Below are positions 20,988 to 30,650 of a DNA stretch of 64,000 nucleotides, piece after piece. The stretch comes from Saprospiraceae bacterium. GTDB taxonomy: Bacteria; Bacteroidota; Bacteroidia; Chitinophagales; Saprospiraceae. Position 1 is the stretch's first letter. Each line of letters begins with the position of its first letter. Location: positions 39,690-103,689 of the forward strand of contig JADKGD010000074.1 in NCBI GenBank assembly GCA_016717145.1, read 5' to 3'. Position numbers and translations under genes: made by a program. The notes under the pieces are model-generated. The model did not search any database and was not told where the DNA came from. It saw nothing but the letters and a program-made list of their open reading frames with translations.

Positions 20988-21646
20988 TTTTCTTTATAAA
21001 AGTTTTTAAAATTCATGAATATCTGTGCGCTTAAATCGACTAGTTTTAAATTTCTTAACTCGCAAAATATGCGGTACCTTTCCAGAATACTGGTACTTGA
21101 ATCACCATCTGTTTCTATGAATACTCTATCCAAAGGTAAATACAGAAGCGTATCCCTGAATGTGTTGGTCATCAATTTAGTCGGAGCCAGGGAAAGGTAG
21201 CATCCCGCTTCTATTAATTGGGCTGCCAATATTTTATTTCTCAAGAACCCATGTACAACCCATGGCGTTTCACCCATTTTTTTACGCAATTTGATTAATC
21301 TGTCAAAGGCTCTAACGCAATGAATAATAACCGGCGCACCCAATAAATTGGCCAATTGAATGTGCTGAATAAATATTAATTCCTGAAGGTCCAAATTAGG
21401 TCCCTTTAAACTATCCAAACCACATTCACCAATACCCAGACAAAAAGGGTCATTCAAAAACTTGGATTTAATAAGTTCCAGTTGGTTCTCTGCCAAAATT
21501 TTTTCAGTCCACCAGGGATGACATCCAATCGTATAAAATTCATACTCTTTCTGCTGACCTTCATGCAGTGATATTACTTCCACTACTGAGTCATTTTCAC
21601 GTCTCGAATGAGTATGAAAATCAATGATTAAAGAATCGCAGATCAT
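20948..21646 (-). CDS. TatD-family metal-dependent hydrolase
   Basis: IDFHTHS..., IGECGLD, VIIHCVRA, ETDGD motifs. The 3' end overlaps the tcdA start by 40 nt. Confidence 0.85.
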   Translation of the reverse strand: MICDSLIIDFHTHSRRENDSVVEVISLHEGQQKEYEFYTIGCHPWWTEKILAENQLELIKSKFLNDPFCLGIGECGLDSLKGPNLDLQELIFIQHIQLANLLGAPVIIHCVRAFDRLIKLRKKMGETPWVVHGFLRNKILAAQLIEAGCYLSLAPTKLMTNTFRDTLLYLPLDRVFIETDGDSSTSILERYRIFCELRNLKLVDLSAQIFMNFKNFYKEKWKYHHGWKEPNS

Positions 21647-21688
21647 TAAATCTTAAAGAATAAGAGACAAAAGTAATCTAAAATCACA

Positions 21689-21710
21689 AAAGGCCACAAT
21701 CGTGGCCTTT
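21689..21710 (-). terminator. Terminator hairpin downstream of pckA
   Basis: Perfect 9-bp stem AAAGGCCAC / GTGGCCTTT with a 4-nt loop. On the minus strand it is followed by a T-rich tract. Confidence 0.6.
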
Positions 21711-21736
21711 CAAAATTCCTAAACTGATCCTGAATA

Positions 21737-23317
21737 CTACTTAGGGCCTGCATCAACAATCTCTTTATTTACACCTTTTTCATATTTTTTAAAATTGTTT
21801 TTAAACAAGTCAGCCAATTTTTTTAAAGTGTTTTCATAACCTTTTTTGTCTACCCAGGTTTCTTTTGGTTCCAATAATTCAAAAGGAACTTCAGGGCATG
21901 ATGTTGGAATCTTAAAACCAAATGTCGGCTCATCAATCATTTCCATATTATCAAATGAGTTATTATGTATTGCATCAATTATGGCACGTGTATATTTTAA
22001 CTTTATTCTTGAACCAATACCATAAGGTCCACCAGTCCATCCAGTGTTTACCAGCCAGGCCTTAGCACCGCATTCTTTTATTTTTTCAGCCAATAACTCG
22101 GCATATTTATTTGGGTGCCAAGGCATAAAAGCTGCCCCAAAACAGGCTGAAAAAGTTGCAGACGGTTCTGTAACACCCATTTCCGTTCCCGCTACTTTGG
22201 CCGTATAACCAGAAATAAAGTGGTAACTTGCCTGCTCGGGTGTAAGTTGACTCACTGGAGGAAGCACACCATATGCATCACATGTCAGAAAAATGATATT
22301 ATTAGGTTTACCTGCAATACAAGGAATATGAGCGTTATTAATAAATTCAATAGGATATGCAGCTCTTGTATTTTCAGTAATTGATATATCATCGTAATCT
22401 ACTGCCCTTGTTTTTTCATCATATGCTACATTCTCAAGCACCGTTCCAAATTTAATAGCATTAAATATTTCAGGCTCTTTCTCACTGCTTAAATTAATCG
22501 CTTTGGCATAACAACCTCCTTCTATATTAAAAACGCCGCGGTCGGTCCAGCAATGTTCGTCATCTCCAATGAGACTTCTTGCAGGATCGGCACTCAATGT
22601 GGTTTTCCCTGTACCTGATAATCCAAAAAATATAGACACATCACCATTTTTGCCAACATTGGCTGAGCAATGCATAGGCATAACACCCCTCAATGGCATT
22701 AAATAATTCATCACAGTGAAGATACCTTTTTTCATTTCTCCAGCATATTCAGTTCCCAATATAACTATCTCACGCTTCTCAAAATCCAATGCGACACTGG
22801 TCTGAGAAGTCATCTGATTCGTATATTTATTTGCTGGAAATGCACCTGCATTCATTACTGTATAGTCAGGTTCTCCAAATGATTTTAATTCATCTTTAGT
22901 AGGCCTGATCAACATATTATTCATGAATAAAGCGTGATATGCTCTTGTACAAATTATCCTAACTTTTATTCTGTACTTGCTATCCCATCCTGCAAAGCCA
23001 TCAAATACATAAATGATTTCTCTACTATTTAAATAATCAATGGCCCTAACCTTGTTAATCATAAAAGTATGATCATCCAATGGTAAATTTACATTTCCCC
23101 AGTCAATGTTGTTTTCAGAATCAGGATGCTTCACGATTCTCCTGTCCTTAGGACTTCTTCCTGTTTTATCACCGGAATAAACCAACAAAGCCCCCTTATC
23201 TGAAATGATGCTTCCTTTTTCATTTTGAAGTGCCATTTCATAAAGTTTTGGAACACTAAGATTTCTATAAATTCTAGGTTTTTCTATTCCTAATTTTTCT
23301 AAATTAAATGCTTTCAT
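21737..23317 (-). CDS. pckA: Phosphoenolpyruvate carboxykinase (ATP)
   Basis: 526 aa. FFGLSGTGKTTLS kinase-1a motif, with full-length similarity to ATP-dependent PEPCK. Confidence 0.97.
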   Translation of the reverse strand: MKAFNLEKLGIEKPRIYRNLSVPKLYEMALQNEKGSIISDKGALLVYSGDKTGRSPKDRRIVKHPDSENNIDWGNVNLPLDDHTFMINKVRAIDYLNSREIIYVFDGFAGWDSKYRIKVRIICTRAYHALFMNNMLIRPTKDELKSFGEPDYTVMNAGAFPANKYTNQMTSQTSVALDFEKREIVILGTEYAGEMKKGIFTVMNYLMPLRGVMPMHCSANVGKNGDVSIFFGLSGTGKTTLSADPARSLIGDDEHCWTDRGVFNIEGGCYAKAINLSSEKEPEIFNAIKFGTVLENVAYDEKTRAVDYDDISITENTRAAYPIEFINNAHIPCIAGKPNNIIFLTCDAYGVLPPVSQLTPEQASYHFISGYTAKVAGTEMGVTEPSATFSACFGAAFMPWHPNKYAELLAEKIKECGAKAWLVNTGWTGGPYGIGSRIKLKYTRAIIDAIHNNSFDNMEMIDEPTFGFKIPTSCPEVPFELLEPKETWVDKKGYENTLKKLADLFKNNFKKYEKGVNKEIVDAGPK

Positions 23318-23624
23318 AATAATCGAATGGTTAAAATAAGTTATGACTAGGTGTCCGGCAAAGATAACTAAAAGGATTAAAAAAATAAAAATGTTACTAT
23401 CTTATTTATCATATTCCTAAATTAAGAAATCTTCAAATGATGGCAAATATAGCGTCTACCTATGGCAAAGTGAGTAATATCAGCCCTCAGCCTAATTTTA
23501 ATCAGGCCTTTTGTATTTCTATGATTAGTATAAAGAATTAGAAATGAATAAAACAGAAGCTAAATGCATACCATATTCAAATGAATGTTGTTAATTTGCA
23601 ATTATTAAGCGTTAATAATTTGAT

Positions 23625-24389
23625 ATGATTATAATCACCAATGACGATGGTATAGTTGCGCCTGGAATAAAAGCTTTAGTGGAGGTAGCCAGACAATTTG
23701 GTGAGGTGATGGTAGTTGCTCCGGATTCTCCCCAATCCGGTCAGGGCCATGCCATTACCCTCAATCATCCTTTGAAACTTAGAAAGGTAAATATGTTTTC
23801 GGGTATTGATGCCTATGAATGTTCCGGAACACCGGTAGATTGTGTCAAACTGGCTAAAAGCGTACTATTAAAAGGAAAAAAGATAGATTTATGTGTCTCC
23901 GGAATAAATCATGGTGCAAATTCAGCACTTAATATTATTTATTCCGGAACAATGTCGGCTGCGATGGAAGCAAGTATTGAAAAAATAGATTCCATTGGGT
24001 TTTCATTACTTGATTACAGTTTTGATGCTGATTTTGAACCTGCCAAATATTATGTTCATAAAATTATAGATTCAGTTTTGAAAAACCAATTGGGTTTGTG
24101 TAAACTGTTAAATGTAAATATTCCGGCGTGTCCACTAGATGACATAAAAGGTATAAAAGTTTGTCGTCAAGGGGATGGCACCTGGGTTGAAGAATTTCAG
24201 GAAGGCATCGATCCCAGAGGTGAAAAGTATTATTGGTTAACAGGTAAATTTGTATCTTTCGAAAAAACCGAAGAACTTGATAATGACATAAATGCGTTAA
24301 AAAATAAGTATGTTTCTATCGTGCCTTCCGGGCATGATTTAACTTATCATTCTGAAATTCAAAATCTTAAATTTTTAGAGATTATATGA
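23625..24389 (+). CDS. surE: 5'/3'-nucleotidase SurE
   Basis: MIIITNDDGIVAPGIKAL..., SGINHGAN, YSGTMSAAMEA. Confidence 0.95.
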   Translation: MIIITNDDGIVAPGIKALVEVARQFGEVMVVAPDSPQSGQGHAITLNHPLKLRKVNMFSGIDAYECSGTPVDCVKLAKSVLLKGKKIDLCVSGINHGANSALNIIYSGTMSAAMEASIEKIDSIGFSLLDYSFDADFEPAKYYVHKIIDSVLKNQLGLCKLLNVNIPACPLDDIKGIKVCRQGDGTWVEEFQEGIDPRGEKYYWLTGKFVSFEKTEELDNDINALKNKYVSIVPSGHDLTYHSEIQNLKFLEII

Positions 24390-24691
24390 TAGAAAAAAAT
24401 TCAATTGTTTTTGGACTTTTACTGGGTGCAGTTGTACCTGTATTTGGTTTTATTATTGTGGAGTTCATTTTTAATACATTAACAAATTTTGGTCTGATGG
24501 CAGCAGTGAGCGAATCTTCTTCGGGTCGCAGGTATAGGACACTTCTGTTAATAGCCATTTGTTGCAGTCTTGTTCCTTTTAATATGGCTAAAAATAGAAA
24601 ATGGGATAATACAATGCGTGGCATAGTATTTCCAACGCTAGTTTATGTAGCTGGCTGGCTATATAAATTTTATGGTGAGCTGTTCAATTGA
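24386..24691 (+). CDS. Small membrane protein, unknown function
   Basis: 101-aa ORF with three hydrophobic segments. ATGA overlap with the surE stop. It lies between surE and lpxB. Confidence 0.5.
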   Translation: MIEKNSIVFGLLLGAVVPVFGFIIVEFIFNTLTNFGLMAAVSESSSGRRYRTLLLIAICCSLVPFNMAKNRKWDNTMRGIVFPTLVYVAGWLYKFYGELFN

Positions 24692-24697
24692 CATGAT

Positions 24698-25807
24698 ATG
24701 AAATATTATCTTATAGCAGGAGAAGCCTCTGGGGACCTGCATGGATCCAATCTTATGAAATCAATTAAAAATATTGATGAATATGCTGATTTCAGATTTT
24801 GGGAGGTGATAAAATGCTGCAAGCCGGCGGGAAACATAGTTGAACATTATAGAAATATGGCTTTCATGGGCTTCCTGGAGGTGTTTAGAAATATAATCAA
24901 AATATTGGATTATATAAAAAAATGTAAGCAAGATATTATATCCTTCAAACCTGATGTTTTAATTTTAATTGACTACCCTGGCTTCAATTTAAGAATAGCA
25001 AAATGGGCTAAAAAAAATCACATAAAAATAGTATATTACATAACGCCCCAGGTTTGGGCATGGCACAAAAATAGAGTACATAGTCTGGGCAAATATACAG
25101 ATAAACTATTGGTTATTTTACCGTTTGAATCAGAATTCTTTAAAAAATACGGTATAGAAACAAGTTTTGTGGGTCACCCTTTATTGGATGAGATTAGAGA
25201 CTTTAAAGCAAATACGGATTTTTTAAATAGGAATGCTGAGGATAGACCAGTTCTTGCCTTATTGCCAGGAAGTAGATTGCAGGAAATTTCATCAATCTTA
25301 CCGGTAATGTTAAGAGCTATTGATTTAAATAAATACATGATTTATGTTGCGGGAACATCATCAATTGACCCGGAGCTTTATAAAAATATTATCAAAAAAA
25401 ATGATAATGGAAACCAAATTAAACTGATAATAGATCGAACTTATGACTTACTTTCAGTAGCTGATGTGGCATTAGTCGGAAGTGGTACCGCAACGCTGGA
25501 AACGGCACTTTTTGACGTGCCTCAAATAGTATGTTATAAAGGAAATCCTATTTCTTTTCGCATTGCGAAATTCCTTGTAGATCTGAAATATATTTCCTTA
25601 GTGAATATCATTTCAGGAAAGGAGGTTGTAAAAGAATTGATACAAAATGAGTTTAATTCCACAAATGTTAAAATAGAATTAGAAAAATTAAAAAATAAAA
25701 CAATAGACATAAAAAAAGATTATGCAATATTGAAGGACAAATTGGGTACAGCAGGTGCTTCTGACAATGCTGCACTAATCATAAATCAATTATTATTATC
25801 CTATTGA
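24698..25807 (+). CDS. lpxB: Lipid-A-disaccharide synthase
   Basis: MKYYLIAGEASGDLHGSNLM.... A short out-of-frame stretch (24801-24834) is bounded by two compensating 1-nt indels; correcting them restores FRFWGGDKMLQAGG. Confidence 0.9.
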   Translation: MKYYLIAGEASGDLHGSNLMKSIKNIDEYADFRFWEVIKCCKPAGNIVEHYRNMAFMGFLEVFRNIIKILDYIKKCKQDIISFKPDVLILIDYPGFNLRIAKWAKKNHIKIVYYITPQVWAWHKNRVHSLGKYTDKLLVILPFESEFFKKYGIETSFVGHPLLDEIRDFKANTDFLNRNAEDRPVLALLPGSRLQEISSILPVMLRAIDLNKYMIYVAGTSSIDPELYKNIIKKNDNGNQIKLIIDRTYDLLSVADVALVGSGTATLETALFDVPQIVCYKGNPISFRIAKFLVDLKYISLVNIISGKEVVKELIQNEFNSTNVKIELEKLKNKTIDIKKDYAILKDKLGTAGASDNAALIINQLLLSY

Positions 25808-26423
25808 CTTTCCAGGAAATTGTAAGTAAATTTTTATCAGAGCTGCCATATATAAGGTGGCAGGAATGGATCAGTACACTGACACAAATATTAAGCGTTT
25901 GGCTGGCAAAAAAAATAATATCCTAGTCTACCCTATTGGAATTATTGGTGTAACGCTTGCGGCCTGGGTTTATTTTTTTATGTCAAGACCACCATTATAT
26001 GCCGATGCTGTACTAAATATATATTACTTGGCTATGAGTATTTATGGATGGATAAATTGGGCTAAAACAGGTTCTGAACAACGATATTTTTATAAAATAA
26101 CATACTGTACCTTAAAAGAACTTGTTGTCGGAGTTTTTGGATTTTTGATAGCGTGGGTTTTGATTTTTTTAATGTTGATTCTTTTGACTGATAGCAATAC
26201 ACCTATATTAGACGCTTTAGTTTCATCATCAGCTTTAGTCGCCATGTGGTGGATGGCAAAAAGAAAAATCGAAAACTGGATTGCCTGGATATTTTCCAAT
26301 ATTGTAGCCATCCCATTAAATTTTTACAAAGGATTTATGCTTTTTACTTTAATGTACGTACTTTTTTTAATCATGGCAGTTTCAGGATACCAAAGTTGGA
26401 AAAAGATCCAACAACATATCTAG
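25804..26423 (+). CDS. pnuC: Nicotinamide riboside transporter PnuC (frameshift in an A8 run)
   Basis: The upstream frame reads LTFQEIVSKFLSELPYIRWQEWISTLTQILSVWLAKK. It joins the tracked ORF (..KKNNILVYPIGIIGV...YLAMSIYGWINW) at the A8 run 25908-25915. The exact start is uncertain. Confidence 0.8.
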
Positions 26424-26448
26424 TTTAAAAACAATATATTGCTTTGGT

Positions 26449-27150
26449 TTATAGCGTTTCTAAAGCAAGTTTTATCATCTGATTAAATGAAACTTCTCTT
26501 TCTGAACTGTTCAACTTTTCTGATGTTATTAAGGAATCAGAAATGGTGCAAATAGCCAATGCTGAAACTTTAAAGAGCATAGCCGTAATAAATAATGCAT
26601 AGGCCTCCATTTCAAGACAAATGATGCCCATGTCAGCCAACTTTTTCCAGCTATCGACATCATAATCATAAAAATAGTCTGAACTGAATACATTACCCAC
26701 ATGAAGGGTTAAATGATCTTTCTCTGCTATAGTCACGGACTTTGATAATAAGTTAAAATCCGAAATAGCGGCTATTTCACCGGGCATCCCATATTGTTTT
26801 CCAAAATTCGAATTGCTCGAAGCTGCCTGAGCAATAACGATATCTTTAAGTTTTACATTTCCTTGAATTGAACCTGCCGAGCCTACCCTGATTAATTTAT
26901 TTACCCCATAAAATTTTATCAATTCGTATGTGTATATTCCGGTGGAAGGTATACCCATGCCAGTGCCCATAACTGAAACCCGTTTACCATTGAACATACC
27001 TGTGTAACCAAACATGTTTCTTACCTTATTAAACTGAACCACCTCTGTTAGAAATGTATCAGCAATATATTTAGCTCTTAATGGATCTCCGGGTAATAAT
27101 ATAGACTCTGCTATTTCACCAGGCATGGCAGAGATATGAGGTGTTGACAT
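26449..27150 (-). CDS. deoD: Purine nucleoside phosphorylase, DeoD type
   Basis: MSTPHISAMPGEIAESILLPGDPLRAKYIA..., GTGMGIPS, CLEMEAYAL. Confidence 0.93.
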   Translation of the reverse strand: MSTPHISAMPGEIAESILLPGDPLRAKYIADTFLTEVVQFNKVRNMFGYTGMFNGKRVSVMGTGMGIPSTGIYTYELIKFYGVNKLIRVGSAGSIQGNVKLKDIVIAQAASSNSNFGKQYGMPGEIAAISDFNLLSKSVTIAEKDHLTLHVGNVFSSDYFYDYDVDSWKKLADMGIICLEMEAYALFITAMLFKVSALAICTISDSLITSEKLNSSEREVSFNQMIKLALETL

Positions 27151-27399
27151 AATTTTAAGGTAAATTTGAACTACAAAGTTAAAATATTATTGGGAGTTAA
27201 TATTAAATTTTAATGTTTGAACATGATAAGTTTTTATTATAAATATGTCAACAATTGAAACTAATCCATTTTCATTGCCTTTAGGACGATTAAAAATGAT
27301 CATTCATCTAATGAATTATAGGATCTCATACTGATTTCATTAATTTGCATATATTTACATTACTTTAAACACCTACTTACCTCAATCAATCATGGTCAA

Positions 27400-28653
27400 A
27401 TGCAGATGTTTTTTAGAATAATATGGGAAAGCCTTAATCAGGCAGTGATGTCTCTTTATAGCAATAAATTAAGAACTTTTTTATCATTGCTGGGCATTAC
27501 TATTGGTATATTCTGCATCATAGCGGTAAAATCTGCTGTAGATTCCCTTCAGTCTAATATTGTTAACGGTTTCAATGAATTGGGGAGCGATGTAATTTAT
27601 CTTGATAAGATGCCTTGGAACGAAGATCCCGGTGAAAATTATTGGAAATACGCTAAACGACCTGATCCCTCGTTTGAAGATTACAAAGCTATAAAACGGA
27701 AAAGCAAATTAGCAGAAAATGCAGCATATACTGTTTTTACTGGAGGCAAAACTATAAAATACTATTCCAATTCTGTGACAAATGCCTTTATTATGGGAGC
27801 GACCTATGAATACGCTTCAATCCAGGATTTAAAGCTTGCTTCAGGTAGATATTTTACACCTAATGAATATGAAACCGGAGCAAACAAAGTCATCCTTGGC
27901 TTTAAGGTGTATAATGAATTGTTTAAGAGTCTCGATGGAATAGGTAAAGAAGTAAAGTTGTTTGGTCAGGATTTTCAAGTCATCGGCTACCTTGAATCAG
28001 AAGGTGATAATTTATTTAACTTTTTAAATTTTGATGAAGTCATATGGATAGGATACAATTCAGTAAAAAGATATGTAAACGTAAAAGATGAATCAAATGT
28101 AGGAAGAATGCTGAATATTAAAGCAAAGGCAGGAAGTGATTTGAAAGAGCTAAAAGGTGAGTCAGCAAGCATTATTAGAGGCGTAAGAAGATTGCGTCCC
28201 GCTCAAAGTGATAACTTTTCATTGAATGAATTGTCAATGCTTTCGCAAGTGCTTGATGCTATTTTTGGGGTTCTGAACATTGCCGGAGGACTCATAGGCG
28301 GCTTTGCTTTGATTGTGGGAATGTTTAGTGTTGCTAACATAATGTTTGTCTCTGTCAAAGAACGAACCGGTATTATCGGAATAAAAAAAGCCCTGGGTGC
28401 AAAACGATATGTTATTTTAATTGAGTTTTTGATAGAATCTATCATCCTTTGTATTATTGGCGGAATATTAGGTCTAATCCTTGTTTTTATTACTTTAAAA
28501 TTAATTTCGTTAGCAATCCCTTTTCAAATGTCAATTTCTCTAAATAATATGGCTATTGGGGTTTTATCATCCGTGATCGTAGGTATTATAGCAGGTATAT
28601 TGCCGGCGCTAAAAGCATCAGGTATGGATCCTGTAGAAGCCATAAGGTCATAA
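27400..28653 (+). CDS. ABC transporter permease, MacB/FtsX-like
   Basis: N-terminal TM helix, a large periplasmic domain, and a C-terminal FtsX-type 3-TM domain with ERTGIIGIKKALGAKR. Confidence 0.85.
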   Translation: MQMFFRIIWESLNQAVMSLYSNKLRTFLSLLGITIGIFCIIAVKSAVDSLQSNIVNGFNELGSDVIYLDKMPWNEDPGENYWKYAKRPDPSFEDYKAIKRKSKLAENAAYTVFTGGKTIKYYSNSVTNAFIMGATYEYASIQDLKLASGRYFTPNEYETGANKVILGFKVYNELFKSLDGIGKEVKLFGQDFQVIGYLESEGDNLFNFLNFDEVIWIGYNSVKRYVNVKDESNVGRMLNIKAKAGSDLKELKGESASIIRGVRRLRPAQSDNFSLNELSMLSQVLDAIFGVLNIAGGLIGGFALIVGMFSVANIMFVSVKERTGIIGIKKALGAKRYVILIEFLIESIILCIIGGILGLILVFITLKLISLAIPFQMSISLNNMAIGVLSSVIVGIIAGILPALKASGMDPVEAIRS

Positions 28654-28661
28654 TTGTAATA

Positions 28662-29675
28662 CTACCATTCCAACACGACTTTGCCTGTTGATTTTCTGGA
28701 CTCCAGATAATCATGCGCACCTGCAATTTCAGAAGCTTTGAAAACTTTACTAACTTTGGGTGTTATAATTCCATTATTCGCCATGTCAACTACATTTTTT
28801 AATACTTCATTAAAAACCATTGGTTTAAAATCAGCAATCCGAAGCATATTTACTGTAATAATGGCTTGAGACTGCATTAATAATGAAATCGGCGAAAACA
28901 AGCCAAATCCCCACGCAAGACTCAACAATTTTAATTTATTATTTTTAGATTCAAGTTGTTCAGCTGCACCGTAACACACCATTCTACCCCCAGGTGCCAA
29001 TAATTTTATCGCTTTGCCAAATGCTAAGCCGCCAAGGCTATCAAAAACTACATCAATATGTTTATTCTTATCTTTAATAACTTTGTAAAAATCATCTTTA
29101 GTATAGTCAATTGCAAAATCAACACCAAGGGTTTTAAGGTATTCCTGCTTTCCAGATGAGGCAGTTCCATATACTATACATCCATGATGTTTGGCTATTT
29201 GGACTAGCATACTCCCCACACCACCAGCAGCTGCCTGAATTAAAACGTGTTCACCTTTATGCAGGGTAACACAATCTTCTGCACAATAGTAAGCAGTGCA
29301 AGCCTGTGTAGCAAGAACTGTTGCTTCTGCCATATCCATTCTGTCAGGTATACCTGATACACCACTTATATTTGTCGTGACATATTCAGCATATCCACCA
29401 AATCTGGTCATTGCTACAACTTTCTGTCCGATATAAAATTCAGAAACATGTTCACCAACTTCAGCTATTTCGCCGCTTACATCATAACCTAGAATTGCCG
29501 GATTCTTTGGAGCATCGGGATACATTCCTCTTCGCGCGATAACATCAGCAAAGTTTAATCCTGAATACTTAACCTTAATAAGTACTTCCTTTTCCATAGG
29601 TTTTGGAATGTCAATATCTTTAATTTCAAAAGCTTGGTGTGCGTCTCCATATTTATTAAGGTATATTGCTTTCAT
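28662..29675 (-). CDS. Zinc-type alcohol dehydrogenase / quinone oxidoreductase family protein
   Basis: MDR (medium-chain dehydrogenase/reductase) superfamily. GLNFADVIARRGMYPD and the nucleotide-binding AAAGGVGS. Confidence 0.8.
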   Translation of the reverse strand: MKAIYLNKYGDAHQAFEIKDIDIPKPMEKEVLIKVKYSGLNFADVIARRGMYPDAPKNPAILGYDVSGEIAEVGEHVSEFYIGQKVVAMTRFGGYAEYVTTNISGVSGIPDRMDMAEATVLATQACTAYYCAEDCVTLHKGEHVLIQAAAGGVGSMLVQIAKHHGCIVYGTASSGKQEYLKTLGVDFAIDYTKDDFYKVIKDKNKHIDVVFDSLGGLAFGKAIKLLAPGGRMVCYGAAEQLESKNNKLKLLSLAWGFGLFSPISLLMQSQAIITVNMLRIADFKPMVFNEVLKNVVDMANNGIITPKVSKVFKASEIAGAHDYLESRKSTGKVVLEW

Positions 29676-29843
29676 GACTATTGGGTTTTAACTTAAGACA
29701 TATACAAACAAATGTATCATTTATTATACAATCTTAATCCATTTCTTAGGTAGTAAATTTATAAAATATTATATCTTTAACTTTTAAAAATAAAAAGATC
29801 TCAATGCTATGTTTCTAAAAAATTCTTTGATCAATGTCATAAA

Positions 29844-30581
29844 ATGTCTGCTATTTTATTAAAAACAATTCCGTTTATTTTTGAAAACAAATTATGGATA
29901 GGATTTTTTAAACATAAATTGACTTTATTGATATCAATCATTGCATCGCTAGTTATTCCCTGGTCGATTTTTAATTTTTTTAGTAGTAACGTAAAGGCAG
30001 CATATGACTCAAATTTTAAAAATACAGAAATCGCTACTGCATCCTTACAAAATGCTGTAAGTTTTAGTTCGTTGTTTGAAGGAAGTAATAAGTTCTTAAT
30101 TTTTGTACTTATCCAGATGCTTACAGTATATTTTTCAAACAAAACGATTGAACATTTTTCAGGCATTAGGATTAAGATGTCGGGCAAAGAGTTAATTCAA
30201 TCTCAGATCAGGAGTATTTGGGTAAGCGGTAGAAATTGGTTATTAAACCTTGTCATCGGAGTAGGGATTTCAATTTTATTAGGTGTCTTTGGGCCAAAAT
30301 TTTTAGAGGATTGGCTCAAATGGGCCGTTAGTTGCTACTTTATGGGTTACTTGTTTTTTGATAATTATAACAATACATTTGGCTTAACCATAAAAGAGAG
30401 TTCATTTGTTATCAGAAAACATTTTGGAGCTGCTCTCGCAGTCGGAATCGTCGCTAATATTCTATTTATTTTGCCATTTATTGGGGCTCTCTTTGTTTCA
30501 TTTATATGTTCTGTAGCAGCCACTTGGTACATGCATACAAGTGAGGACAATCACGTTGGAGAAGTAGCTTTTAAAGACTGA
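29844..30581 (+). CDS. Polytopic membrane protein, unknown function
   Basis: 245-aa ORF with 4-5 hydrophobic helices. I cannot confidently recognise a family. Confidence 0.4.
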   Translation: MSAILLKTIPFIFENKLWIGFFKHKLTLLISIIASLVIPWSIFNFFSSNVKAAYDSNFKNTEIATASLQNAVSFSSLFEGSNKFLIFVLIQMLTVYFSNKTIEHFSGIRIKMSGKELIQSQIRSIWVSGRNWLLNLVIGVGISILLGVFGPKFLEDWLKWAVSCYFMGYLFFDNYNNTFGLTIKESSFVIRKHFGAALAVGIVANILFILPFIGALFVSFICSVAATWYMHTSEDNHVGEVAFKD

Positions 30582-30650
30582 AGCGTAACAATGGCACAAT
30601 AATAAATATCGTATTGTGCCATTGTATGTTTAAAAGTTGCAATTTTATTC

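Noticed and set aside
29837-30187. 116-aa minus-strand ORF
   Set aside because: It overlaps the better-supported plus-strand membrane-protein ORF (29844-30581) and has no motifs.
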